Source of the DNA: a virus
Reading direction: 5' to 3' (one strand)
DNA length: 64,000 nt
Virus record (IMG/VR): IMGVR_UViG_3300005573_001035
Location: 1 to 64,000 of that record
How positions within the stretch are numbered: the first letter of the stretch is position 1; each line of letters opens with the position of its first letter. The translations under genes and the position numbers were made by a program. Shown piece by piece: positions 28,856-38,214 of this stretch. The notes beneath the pieces were generated by a model that worked only from the letters and a program-made list of their open reading frames with translations, did not search any database and was not told where the DNA came from.

Positions 28856-29473
28856 TCAAGTGGTTTCACCTTGCTTTTTCTTTTTTTTGGTTAGAAATTT
28901 GGTTATCTTAGACGAGATCTTGATTAGTGCTGGCTTCATTGTAGGTTCGATTCTAGCAGTAATCGGCGAAGGGTTCGTTTGGGAAGGAGGAAGGGCCAGA
29001 AAAATGTTCGGAGAAATGAACTTGGTAGAAGTTAAAGATGGGATCTTTGGTTGAGGAACTTTCTTTATCCCAGACTTTCTTAACATCTTTCTTATTTCGG
29101 ATTCAAATAATTGAAATGGTTTCCATCTGGTCCCTTCGTATAACAAAATATCCTCTAAAGGGATTCTATCTAGCTGGTTCAATTCTAAAATATAGTATGT
29201 TTCTAGCGTTGAGCAAACATCTAGTACTGCTTCGAATGAGAATCTTCGATTGGTACAAATGCTTCCTTCTAGTGTCCCATCATGGGAACAATTTGGATGG
29301 GGCGTATTTCTTACTACAACTCTTTGAATGATCTGAGTTCTTTCGTCGAAATAGAACTCAACCCTTCTTACTACCAGATTTGGATTGACTCGAATATAGA
29401 ACATGTACTTCGAATTTAGAACAAGACGACTAGGAACAATTTGCCGGTGACATATGTATTGTGCGAGGTTCAT
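28856..29473 (-). CDS. Hypothetical protein with E2/UBC-like HPN motif
   Basis: TPHPNCSHDGTLEGSIC; translationally coupled to the ThiF-like gene. Confidence 0.4.
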   Translation of the reverse strand: MNLAQYICHRQIVPSRLVLNSKYMFYIRVNPNLVVRRVEFYFDERTQIIQRVVVRNTPHPNCSHDGTLEGSICTNRRFSFEAVLDVCSTLETYYILELNQLDRIPLEDILLYEGTRWKPFQLFESEIRKMLRKSGIKKVPQPKIPSLTSTKFISPNIFLALPPSQTNPSPITARIEPTMKPALIKISSKITKFLTKKKKKQGETT

Positions 29474-30294
29474 GCTTGCATCCTCGTAGGAATAATGTGG
29501 ATTACTGTTTGTCCTTTACTTCTTAGAATTTCTGTAAAATACATACCATTTTCTTCCTGTTCTTCCTCCTTATCATCGCACAGTTCTGGAAAGTACTTTC
29601 TTAAAATTCTTTGAATTGGTAGAGATATATCTTTACAGCTTATATCTTTTTCTTTACCTAGATATCGAATTGGAATTGTATCTTTCTTTTCAAGGAACAA
29701 GTTAGAAGGGATTTGCCTCGATGCTAGAAAATCCATTTCTGATGGTTTTAAACTTAGCATAATAGGATATGTTAGAATAGTATATGTTCTTGAAACAATG
29801 AGTCCCACTATAAACCTAGCAGCTAGTTTTGCGAGATTCTTTTTTACACAGCTCGAACTAGAAAAGTTTAAGAATGCACCCAGTAGATTTGACTCACTGA
29901 CGTTCTTTCTTAACGTCTTTCTATCTATAATTATAAGAGAGTCTCCAAGAATCGCGGCTTTAAAATGAACATTTGGGAAAGAAGAAGTCGAATCAGAGCA
30001 ATCGATTACAATATCTCCTTTCTTAACGGAAACGTATTCCGTTGGATATCGTTCCTGAATTCCAACGACTTTCTTTAATCGACATAGCAGGCTGGTTACT
30101 TTTGGTTGACCAACGTTAGATTCTTTGTAGTAGGAATTAACCAGGTTCTTTGTTTCGACAAGATCTGGATCATAGACAACTATCTGGTGGATAGATTCTT
30201 CCTCGTCTAGGTACTTGCTCAGCCAACTCCCCAAACAACCAGCCCCTATGAGGTGGACGACTAGCCCCTTTTTCTTGGTGGCCGGTTGTCTCAT
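29470..30294 (-). CDS. ThiF/MoeB/E1-like adenylation protein
   Basis: LIGAGCLGS, YDPDLVETKNL, VGQPKV, DIVIDCSD. Confidence 0.8.
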   Translation of the reverse strand: MRQPATKKKGLVVHLIGAGCLGSWLSKYLDEEESIHQIVVYDPDLVETKNLVNSYYKESNVGQPKVTSLLCRLKKVVGIQERYPTEYVSVKKGDIVIDCSDSTSSFPNVHFKAAILGDSLIIIDRKTLRKNVSESNLLGAFLNFSSSSCVKKNLAKLAARFIVGLIVSRTYTILTYPIMLSLKPSEMDFLASRQIPSNLFLEKKDTIPIRYLGKEKDISCKDISLPIQRILRKYFPELCDDKEEEQEENGMYFTEILRSKGQTVIHIIPTRMQA

Positions 30295-30695
30295 TTACTT
30301 TCCGCCTCCTGTTCTACCAGATTTGAATATACTTCATACAAAGATTCTAGTACTGAATAAAGTGAGGAATTATTCAAATCAAAAGATTGAATAGTTAGAA
30401 TTCTGGGGGGTAAATCTCCCCCCTGCTTAATTACCTTCTGCAAGGTTGCAATAAAGGTACTTCCAAAATCTATGTCCAAAGTCAAGTAGGTTTGGACTCC
30501 TAGTTTTGGATCATCTTTCACTAGAAGTACAAGAATAGACACAGAACTTTTCTTAAAGAATTCTGGAATTTCAAAAGGTTGGTCCCTTTGGATTAGATCA
30601 CAGATACGAACTGCGGATTCTAGAAGACTTAGGTTTGGATCTAGAACAGTCGAAGAAATGTAATCTGTGAAAGGTTTCGCTTGCATACTGACCAA
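30291..30695 (-). CDS. Hypothetical protein
   Basis: 134-aa ORF whose stop overlaps the ThiF start. Confidence 0.6.
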   Translation of the reverse strand: MVSMQAKPFTDYISSTVLDPNLSLLESAVRICDLIQRDQPFEIPEFFKKSSVSILVLLVKDDPKLGVQTYLTLDIDFGSTFIATLQKVIKQGGDLPPRILTIQSFDLNNSSLYSVLESLYEVYSNLVEQEAESK

Positions 30696-30721
30696 ATCTC
30701 CTTTCTCTAGATATATCAGTC

Positions 30722-32917
30722 TTAAAGTTGCAAGTACGTGTCGGCTTCAAATTCTTGAATATGCCTATGACTGATTACAATGGTGGTCTTTTCCTTAGAT
30801 ATTTGCCTGAGTAGCTTAGATACTAGCCTTATATTCTCGTCATCGAGAGCATCAAAAACTTCGTCTAAAAGAAGAAGATTAAACTTAACATTTTGAATTC
30901 TTTCATTTAGTTCAATAAGAGTTAGAAGAATACAAATATCAATTAGTCTTTCCTGCCCACCTGACAATTGGACTCGGTCATTGGCAAGATTAATCTTATC
31001 AAGAACTCTGATATTAATCTTATCTCTAAGTTCCCCAGAGGCCGTCTCTGAGACCGTATCGAAACTAATAGAATAACGCCCACCAGTTAAATCGAATAGG
31101 TACTTTTGGACTGTGGAATTCATGAAGGGAATAGAATCGTCTATTAGCATACTTGGAATTCCAGTTGGAGAGAACCCCTTTTTCCAGAACTCGAGAATTT
31201 GGATTTGGTTAGATATTGAGGGGATTTCTTGTTTTAGTTTTTCAATTTGGTCTTCGATGGAGGGAATTCTATGATTTTGGAGTTGAATTATAGAATCGTA
31301 AGATGGGAAAGTCTCAGATTCGGTTTTCTTCAATAAGGCTTCTTGGATAGAAATTTGAGTTTCAATTTCCTCAATGTATTGAAGTGTCTTTTTGCACTGA
31401 TCTAAAAGTCTCCTTAGATTTTCTACCTCTTGTCTTTTCTGGTTAATTTGGGAGAGATGAGTTCTTTCTAATTCTTCCCTTTCATTACTAATCTCTCTTA
31501 TTCTCAACTCAAGCCTCTCTTGTGCTCTTTCTAGTTGAGAACTTTCTCGTGATTTGATTTCTTTCTTCTTTTCTTCTAGTACCCGAATCTCGTTTCTTAT
31601 TTGTTCCATTTTAGAGAGTTCTATTCTGAGAGATTGTATCTTGTTTCTTTGTTTTTCTAACTTCTCATCAATTTCCTTCTTCTTCAATTGGATTTCTTGG
31701 AGTTGAGATATAAGATCTTGTATTTCTCTCTCTTTCTCTTGAATTCTTATATCTGTGATTCCTTCTGGAATAATTTGGTTGCAATAAGGACATGGAGCAT
31801 TTTCTTTGGACTTTAGTTCGAGGAATCGTTTCTTTTCTTCATCTTTATGATTTCTTTGAGTGGTGAGTTTCACAATCTCGGAATTAATTTTCTCTGCTTC
31901 TTTTCGAAGAAGCTCAGTATCTTTCTCAACACTTTCAATTTCGAATAGAACCTCTTTTTGATATTCTTGTATTAAAGATTGTATCTTAGAATCTAATTCT
32001 TGAATCTTGTCTTTCGTTTGTAACTTAATAGAAGATACATACTGATTGTACTTATTTGTAATTTCTGATTCTTTTTGTTTTGCTTCTGCTCGAATTCTAG
32101 ATAATCTTTCCGACTCAAGATTAATTTCATTTTGTTTATCTTGAAAAGCAGAATTTAAAGACTCGAATTCCCTTGTAGTTGCATCTTTATCATACTGGGC
32201 TAGAAGATTTCGTAGTTCCAGTATCTTATTTGTAATATTACTTAATCTTATTTGCTTATCTTTTTGAAAAGAATCGTATTCCAATTGTAAAGATTCAAGT
32301 TGTGTTCTACATTCTTTTAGTACTTGCTCCAAGGTATGAATCTCAGACATAATAGATTGGTGTTTCTTATTTGCTTCTTCTAGATGCTTAGAGGCATTCT
32401 TTTGATATTCAGTATAACTATCTAGTTGGAGAATTTCTCGAAAAACTGCTTTTTGCTCAGCATCTGTCAGATTCGTAAAAAATGCTTTAACCTTCTGAGC
32501 AAAGAATATGGTGCTCATTAGAAGGTTGGGACTAAGCACTAGATTTTCTATCATCTTATTAGCTTGCCTGATTCCTCCAGGAGTAACATCTTTTCCATCT
32601 CGAAAGATTCTGACTCGGTCTTGCATTTTATGATGTTTTCGATATCTCTCAATTCGAAATAACTCATTTCCAATTGCAAATTCCAACCAAGTATAACAAT
32701 CTTTTCCTTTCTTATTATTTACCACCAAGTCAGATTTTAGTCCTTTACTTGTCGTTCCGTATAGAGTATAAGGAATTGCTTCGATGAGTGTGGTTTTTCC
32801 GCTTCCATTGGCCCCAGTAATTAGTGTTAAACCAGGGTCTTTAAGTTTAAGAATCATAGGTTCTTCAAATAAACAGAAATTTTCCATTCCTACTTCATAG
32901 AAAGTGACCTCTTTCAT
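30722..32917 (-). CDS. sbcC: SbcC/Rad50/gp46-like SMC ATPase
   Basis: Walker A GANGSGKTT, coiled coil with CPYC hook, LSGGQ, LLLLDEVFDALD, ISH. Confidence 0.95.
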   Translation of the reverse strand: MKEVTFYEVGMENFCLFEEPMILKLKDPGLTLITGANGSGKTTLIEAIPYTLYGTTSKGLKSDLVVNNKKGKDCYTWLEFAIGNELFRIERYRKHHKMQDRVRIFRDGKDVTPGGIRQANKMIENLVLSPNLLMSTIFFAQKVKAFFTNLTDAEQKAVFREILQLDSYTEYQKNASKHLEEANKKHQSIMSEIHTLEQVLKECRTQLESLQLEYDSFQKDKQIRLSNITNKILELRNLLAQYDKDATTREFESLNSAFQDKQNEINLESERLSRIRAEAKQKESEITNKYNQYVSSIKLQTKDKIQELDSKIQSLIQEYQKEVLFEIESVEKDTELLRKEAEKINSEIVKLTTQRNHKDEEKKRFLELKSKENAPCPYCNQIIPEGITDIRIQEKEREIQDLISQLQEIQLKKKEIDEKLEKQRNKIQSLRIELSKMEQIRNEIRVLEEKKKEIKSRESSQLERAQERLELRIREISNEREELERTHLSQINQKRQEVENLRRLLDQCKKTLQYIEEIETQISIQEALLKKTESETFPSYDSIIQLQNHRIPSIEDQIEKLKQEIPSISNQIQILEFWKKGFSPTGIPSMLIDDSIPFMNSTVQKYLFDLTGGRYSISFDTVSETASGELRDKINIRVLDKINLANDRVQLSGGQERLIDICILLTLIELNERIQNVKFNLLLLDEVFDALDDENIRLVSKLLRQISKEKTTIVISHRHIQEFEADTYLQL

Positions 32918-33921
32918 CCTTCTTCTATCTCCTTTATAGATTCACACTCGTTGATAATTGTCTTTGCAACATCAATATATAGGTCTTTACTTTCAGGGGG
33001 AATTCCTCTAATATCTAAGTATCTAGATAACTTCTCATCTAAAGACATCTCTCTAGCAATTCCCCTGTTAGTCACTTCTGAATTACTCTTATCAATAATT
33101 ACGACATCTGGTAAATCCGAAGCATCAATTTGGTTAGTCTTTACCTCGCTCCAAATGACCACAAAATTACCCTGGGAAGTTAGATCTCTGCTCTCTTTCT
33201 TAACCTTGTCAATGTCTCCCTCAGAGTGTATCTCTAAGACATAATGCTTGGGATATCCCTCTGTGGGTATTGAATCAATTCTTCCCGAATCGAAATCAAC
33301 AAGTAACATTCTTTTTTCTTCGTTTCTTTCTCCCCAATCGAATTGATACGGATTTCCTACGTAATAAACTTGGGTTTGTCCCATAGAAAGTTCCTGGGGT
33401 TTATGATAGTGGCCCAGGAGGACCATGCCGTATCTGGAACATAGGTCCTTCATGCTAATGTTTGATACAATTGATATACCACTTGACAAAACCGCTTCGT
33501 TTAAACCAAAATGTGAAATTAGCCAAGGGTTTGAATTCGTTTTAACTTCTTGTTCAAGATTCTTTGAAAACGGAATAAATAGAATATTGGAGATCAACTG
33601 GGTTTCCCCAACGTACAAGACATTGGGTACATGTTTCAATAGACTAATGGTGGACACAGGTTCAGAAGATTCCGAGAGGTCATGATTTCCATCTAACAAA
33701 ATAAATGTAATATCCGGATTTGCCTCTAAAATTGAAACCAGCTCCTTTGCAGCTTCGGAATAAAGAATCGATTTATGATGAAATACGTCTCCTGCGACAA
33801 TGATATGTCCAATGTTATTATTCTTACAGTAAGATGTAATCCAAGATACAACATTCACACAAGTTTCTAACTTTTTTCTAGAACGACTAAAATGCCAGTC
33901 CGCCGTCACGATCGCCTTCAT
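32914..33921 (-). CDS. sbcD: SbcD/Mre11/gp47-like nuclease
   Basis: ADWH, AGDVFH, GNHD, SH, LGHYH, YVGNP. Confidence 0.93.
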   Translation of the reverse strand: MKAIVTADWHFSRSRKKLETCVNVVSWITSYCKNNNIGHIIVAGDVFHHKSILYSEAAKELVSILEANPDITFILLDGNHDLSESSEPVSTISLLKHVPNVLYVGETQLISNILFIPFSKNLEQEVKTNSNPWLISHFGLNEAVLSSGISIVSNISMKDLCSRYGMVLLGHYHKPQELSMGQTQVYYVGNPYQFDWGERNEEKRMLLVDFDSGRIDSIPTEGYPKHYVLEIHSEGDIDKVKKESRDLTSQGNFVVIWSEVKTNQIDASDLPDVVIIDKSNSEVTNRGIAREMSLDEKLSRYLDIRGIPPESKDLYIDVAKTIINECESIKEIEEG

Positions 33922-33951
33922 ACTCTAGTCTCCTCTCTTTTGTAATCCCCC

Positions 33952-35253
33952 TTACAAAGTATACAAGGTTCCAAACGGTACACTTGGAAGTTTTGTCTGA
34001 CCTACTCCTCGGACAATTACCCAGATGACTGGATAGGGAGGGATTTTATCTGGAAATGTACCCATCAAATCTGTAAAGAATAGGAGGAGTTTAGGATTAA
34101 GCTTCCTTCTGGCTATGTCCTCGAAAACAGGGCGAAAATCGGTGCCCCCTCCTCCTCTAACTTCAAAGGGGATAGTTGGATTCTCATAGAATGCATGAAT
34201 AGCACAATCAATAACCCAACCATACATATTGTCACATACTGGTTGGATTTTCTTCAATGCACCCATAAAGTATGACAGTTCCGTTGAAGAAATTGATCCA
34301 GATGAATCTATGGCGAAAGCCACCTCAGTATACTTCTTTAAAGTTCCGGGTAGTCGAAGCCCTTTCTTCTGGTAAATTGCTCGACTATAACATGGAATTT
34401 TGCAGTACGTATATCCATATCTTTCCTGACCCAAGAGAGATAGGGATTTTCTTGTTACTAATTCTATGATTCCTTTGCATGAGTTATGAATATTAAATTC
34501 TCTTCTCATATCTCCAGGAATAGATCCAATTGCTTTTAGTAATTCTTCTCTAGCAACACTAGATCCACTTATTGGTTTTTGCGTTGAAAGGTCATTAGGA
34601 ATTACTGTCGATGGATTCGATCCTTGTATTGTGTTACCAGAAAAAATTTCTTTTGATTCGTTGGAACTTGTATTAATTGTGTACTTTGTATAATTTTCAT
34701 TCTTAGTCTCAGACTGAATCATTTGACCCAGAAGTTGTTCTGTAGCTTGATCCGCGCTCCCCTGGTTGGACTTTTCTCCATCCGCTTTGCTTTGTCCTTT
34801 TCGTTGTTTTGTCTTTGCCATTTGTTGTAGTTTATGTAGGATTTCCCTGTATACAACTTCACAGGGACCCTTAGAAAATTCATTACTAAGAAGCAGAAAG
34901 TTATACTTGGCTAATTCCTTGTCGTCAGTAATTCCAAGTTGTATCATAAGGGAATTTACAACATGATCAATTGCAATGCTCCAAATGAATTGAATTCTTC
35001 CTGCTCCTCTTCTTATATGGTCTAGAGCGGAATGAATCATTTCATGAATAAAATCCAGAAGTACTCCTTTTTTGTCTTGATCAAAACAAATCGCAATCTC
35101 ATTATCTTTCGTAATGTAAGTATCTTTTTCTGAGTAACTAGGAACAATTGGAACGTACAACGCAAATGACATTCCTGTTTTCTGGAATGCGACCATTCTA
35201 AGCCACTTTTCTTTAGTTTTATCGATAGTTGTAAGTTTGGAATTGGTCTTCAT
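33952..35253 (-). CDS. HExxH metallopeptidase plus vWA domain protein (DUF2201-like)
   Basis: HEMIH; MIDAS AIDSSGSI, GGGGTDF, FFTD; PPYPVIW. Confidence 0.85.
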   Translation of the reverse strand: MKTNSKLTTIDKTKEKWLRMVAFQKTGMSFALYVPIVPSYSEKDTYITKDNEIAICFDQDKKGVLLDFIHEMIHSALDHIRRGAGRIQFIWSIAIDHVVNSLMIQLGITDDKELAKYNFLLLSNEFSKGPCEVVYREILHKLQQMAKTKQRKGQSKADGEKSNQGSADQATEQLLGQMIQSETKNENYTKYTINTSSNESKEIFSGNTIQGSNPSTVIPNDLSTQKPISGSSVAREELLKAIGSIPGDMRREFNIHNSCKGIIELVTRKSLSLLGQERYGYTYCKIPCYSRAIYQKKGLRLPGTLKKYTEVAFAIDSSGSISSTELSYFMGALKKIQPVCDNMYGWVIDCAIHAFYENPTIPFEVRGGGGTDFRPVFEDIARRKLNPKLLLFFTDLMGTFPDKIPPYPVIWVIVRGVGQTKLPSVPFGTLYTL

Positions 35254-36269
35254 GATTCTTCCTCCACTATACCTTCGTTCGAATCATCATAGGCAAGAAT
35301 AGAAACAATTTCTTTAAACATTTTGTCAAAGGCTGGATCGTTCATGAAAGAAAGTAACGCATGTTTCTGGTTCAAGTAAGCACTTCTAAGATAGAAAAAC
35401 TTACTCTCTTCCGTTAGATTCTTTTGGACCCATTCTAGAATTTTCTTTTCCACTGGATACGTAGACAGTATCGCTGCTGCCACTACTTGGTCCTTAAATG
35501 TCATTGGAGGTCTGGCCATTATTTCTTCCTTGCTTCGATTTAGCATTTCCCAAGAATCCACTAGTTTGGTTCCTGCTAAATAGCCAATTGTACCAACTGC
35601 GGTTTCAATAGGTAGACCAATCTTTAGATTACGATCCAAATTCATCCATGATCTAGGAGAATGAAATGGAGTGGTAGGATCTGGTTCCGCGGTAAATAGA
35701 TAATCCGGATTAGCCATTAGAAAGGCCAGCAACTTTGGATTGACTTTCTTGGCTTGGGCGTAAGTTACGAAATCATTTACGGTTGGAGTAAATTCAACAC
35801 ATAGATCAAATCTATTCATAACTGGAGCTAAGATTTCTTGTGCTCCGGATCCAGAAGTTGAGAAGTTTCCAGCTGCGATAAATCTGGTACTATCTGGAGT
35901 CCGGTGCCCATTGATTGACCTCTTAAGAAGAAGCTCAAAGAGAGCAGACTGTTGAATTTCGAGATTCAAATGACAATCATCAAAAAATAGTACCGTATTC
36001 TCTTTCTCCGGAAGCCAAGATGGTCTGCTCCAAATCGTTCGAAGCCCTCCAGAAGAATCCTCTTTAACATCTGGAATGCCCTTGGCTTCCCCAGGTTCTT
36101 TTAGATAGAGTCTTTCTTCTACCAAGTTCATTCCTAGTTCTTCGCAACATTGCTCAGTAATTTCCGACTTACCACATCCAGGAGGAGAAGATATAAGCAT
36201 GGATCGATTATTCTTGATACAAATCTTGATGAGCTTCTTTAGAGCAGCGCCGCCTTCGACTTTATACAT
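35250..36269 (-). CDS. MoxR-like AAA+ ATPase
   Basis: SPPGCGKS, LFFDD, AAGN, MNRF, SPRSW. Likely start 36269. Confidence 0.85.
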   Translation of the reverse strand: MYKVEGGAALKKLIKICIKNNRSMLISSPPGCGKSEITEQCCEELGMNLVEERLYLKEPGEAKGIPDVKEDSSGGLRTIWSRPSWLPEKENTVLFFDDCHLNLEIQQSALFELLLKRSINGHRTPDSTRFIAAGNFSTSGSGAQEILAPVMNRFDLCVEFTPTVNDFVTYAQAKKVNPKLLAFLMANPDYLFTAEPDPTTPFHSPRSWMNLDRNLKIGLPIETAVGTIGYLAGTKLVDSWEMLNRSKEEIMARPPMTFKDQVVAAAILSTYPVEKKILEWVQKNLTEESKFFYLRSAYLNQKHALLSFMNDPAFDKMFKEIVSILAYDDSNEGIVEEES

Positions 36270-36362
36270 GTCGTATACCTCCTTCGTTTTTTCGTAATTC
36301 TTTATGTGTGGGTTCTTCTTTTTCTTCAACCAAATGAAAGATTACAAAAGTTAGAATCTTTA

Positions 36363-36665
36363 TTATTTAGGAATGATTCTATCCGGAAGGCTTATTTGAA
36401 TATTCTTTACCAATTTTCTAAGACAAGGAATGGAATTCAGGATAGCCCTTCGGATTCTTTCATACATGATGCTAAGAAAAGTGGGTCGTTTTATCATGGT
36501 TACTTTCCCTTGTTTTCGAGAGGACTCTTTCAGGTAGTAGAGAATCGCATTTTTCTTCATACATTTCGTTTGGTTACAATAGAGTCCTTCTTTTAGACAC
36601 GTATAATCAGATAAGTAACAACATTTCTGGCAACATAGAGGAACGATGCGTATATTTTCTTCCAT
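36363..36665 (-). CDS. Small Cys-rich hypothetical protein
   Basis: SD AAGGAG; CCQKCC...C...C...C. Confidence 0.5.
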   Translation of the reverse strand: MEENIRIVPLCCQKCCYLSDYTCLKEGLYCNQTKCMKKNAILYYLKESSRKQGKVTMIKRPTFLSIMYERIRRAILNSIPCLRKLVKNIQISLPDRIIPK

Positions 36666-36708
36666 GTCTTCATCTCCTTAACGAATTTAGGTGCTCGTTA
36701 GATGTTAA

Positions 36709-36831
36709 TCAAAAGAAAACCGAAAGAAGAATCCAAGATAAACCTAGAAGAGCGAAAAGCGCAAATAGCTTAATTATTTCTATAATAACTTCCTCTTTTG
36801 TTACTTCTGAAGGAAAGATATTTTTCATCAT
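36709..36831 (-). CDS. 40-aa predicted membrane peptide
   Basis: Below the track cutoff; SD GAGGAGG; MMKNIFPSEVTKEEVIIEIIKLFALFALLGLSWILLSVFF. Confidence 0.5.
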   Translation of the reverse strand: MMKNIFPSEVTKEEVIIEIIKLFALFALLGLSWILLSVFF

Positions 36832-36949
36832 GGTAAAAACCCTCCTCTCTCTAGATGAGTTTTTTGATGAGAAGGAGGAGGGAGAGATTTCTTAGCTCCC
36901 CCCCCCTCTTCCTCTCTTTCTTCTAGTTTAGATCTTACATCATTTTTTC

Positions 36950-37579
36950 TTACTTTGTAGAGTCATTGCTAAGATAAAACTGAGTGAGAAGCTTGGAGTT
37001 GTTTGTTCCTAACATTCTAATTGAAATCTTTGAAGGAGTAGGTCGAAATTGCTCTATTGCGTTTGATACGTTTTGGAATTTGTCAATATGTTGCTTATTT
37101 TTTCTAATCTTGACTCTTTCAATTTCTAGCACATCTCTATAAGGGTTAGCAATAGATTTAGCCTTAGAACGAAATATAATCCATTCTTGCTCCTTATCAA
37201 AAAGGAATATATTTGCGATACTACATGGCTTTTCTAGCATTTCGCAAGACTCGTACTCCTCGTAGTAAACGACTATTTGCCTTCGATCTAAGTGGTTACT
37301 TTGCCACAAATCTATCTTGTCGGAGTTTGTGATTGTTGCGAATTTAACATCTTTCTCATTCAAATCTGCTAAACTAATAGCATACTCAGCGCAATCGCTT
37401 TGTTGGACTAAGATTTGATCTATGTAACAAGATCCATTCTGGTCTTGGTATATTATGTGATCGAGTCCTTGACTTTGAAGTATAAAACTATCCTGCCAGT
37501 TACTTGGATTAACAAATACGATAATTCCCAGTAACATAGATCTTATGTTCATCTCTAGAAGAACCCCCTCTCTTACCAC
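36950..37579 (-). CDS. Hypothetical protein, apparent paralog of 37581..38207
   Basis: N-terminal MLLGIIVFVNPSNW. Confidence 0.65.
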   Translation of the reverse strand: MVREGVLLEMNIRSMLLGIIVFVNPSNWQDSFILQSQGLDHIIYQDQNGSCYIDQILVQQSDCAEYAISLADLNEKDVKFATITNSDKIDLWQSNHLDRRQIVVYYEEYESCEMLEKPCSIANIFLFDKEQEWIIFRSKAKSIANPYRDVLEIERVKIRKNKQHIDKFQNVSNAIEQFRPTPSKISIRMLGTNNSKLLTQFYLSNDSTK

Positions 37580-37580
37580 A

Positions 37581-38207
37581 TTACTTTGGTCTCATTAGAT
37601 GAAGAAGGTATCTGACGCTTCCTTTTTCGGTTGCGAAGATTGCCATTTTCTGTGGGTCTGGTATACCTAAGTTCTTCTTAGCAAACTCAAAAAAGTCTAC
37701 AACATTTCTATAACTTTCTTTCCCCTCCCATGTAGCCTTCTCTTTGTTGTACTCAAAGATTCCGACTCCTTCAAGATCAGTAAGTGATTTATCCTTCTTG
37801 GTATATGCTAGAACAAATTGAAATGGCCCAGACTTATCTCTTAAGAACACAACAAAATCTACAAGTTCAAAATTTGGTTCGGGCATGTATATGAGCGCGC
37901 AAAAAGTAATATGCTTTCGTTCCATTGGTAACGAGGACCAAGTCTGCCAAACTTGAGGGTCTGGTTGACTAAATCTTAGTTTCTCGTTAACCATTGGATT
38001 AAAAGACAAGATAATGTTATTTGAAGTTTTAGAATCAACAGGAACTTGGTTCATAAATTTCTTACCTTCATTATTCTCAGTACAAATAACGGTTCTAAGA
38101 ACATCTAGACTAAGATTATGCATTACATTATTTTGCTTCCAATCTGAGGGATGGATAAATACAAAGAATCCCATCAGCATGGTGGATATGCGCTTATGCA
38201 TAAACAT
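37581..38207 (-). CDS. Hypothetical protein, apparent paralog of 36950..37579
   Basis: N-terminal MLMGFFVFIHPSDW. Confidence 0.65.
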   Translation of the reverse strand: MFMHKRISTMLMGFFVFIHPSDWKQNNVMHNLSLDVLRTVICTENNEGKKFMNQVPVDSKTSNNIILSFNPMVNEKLRFSQPDPQVWQTWSSLPMERKHITFCALIYMPEPNFELVDFVVFLRDKSGPFQFVLAYTKKDKSLTDLEGVGIFEYNKEKATWEGKESYRNVVDFFEFAKKNLGIPDPQKMAIFATEKGSVRYLLHLMRPK

Positions 38208-38214
38208 GGCATGT

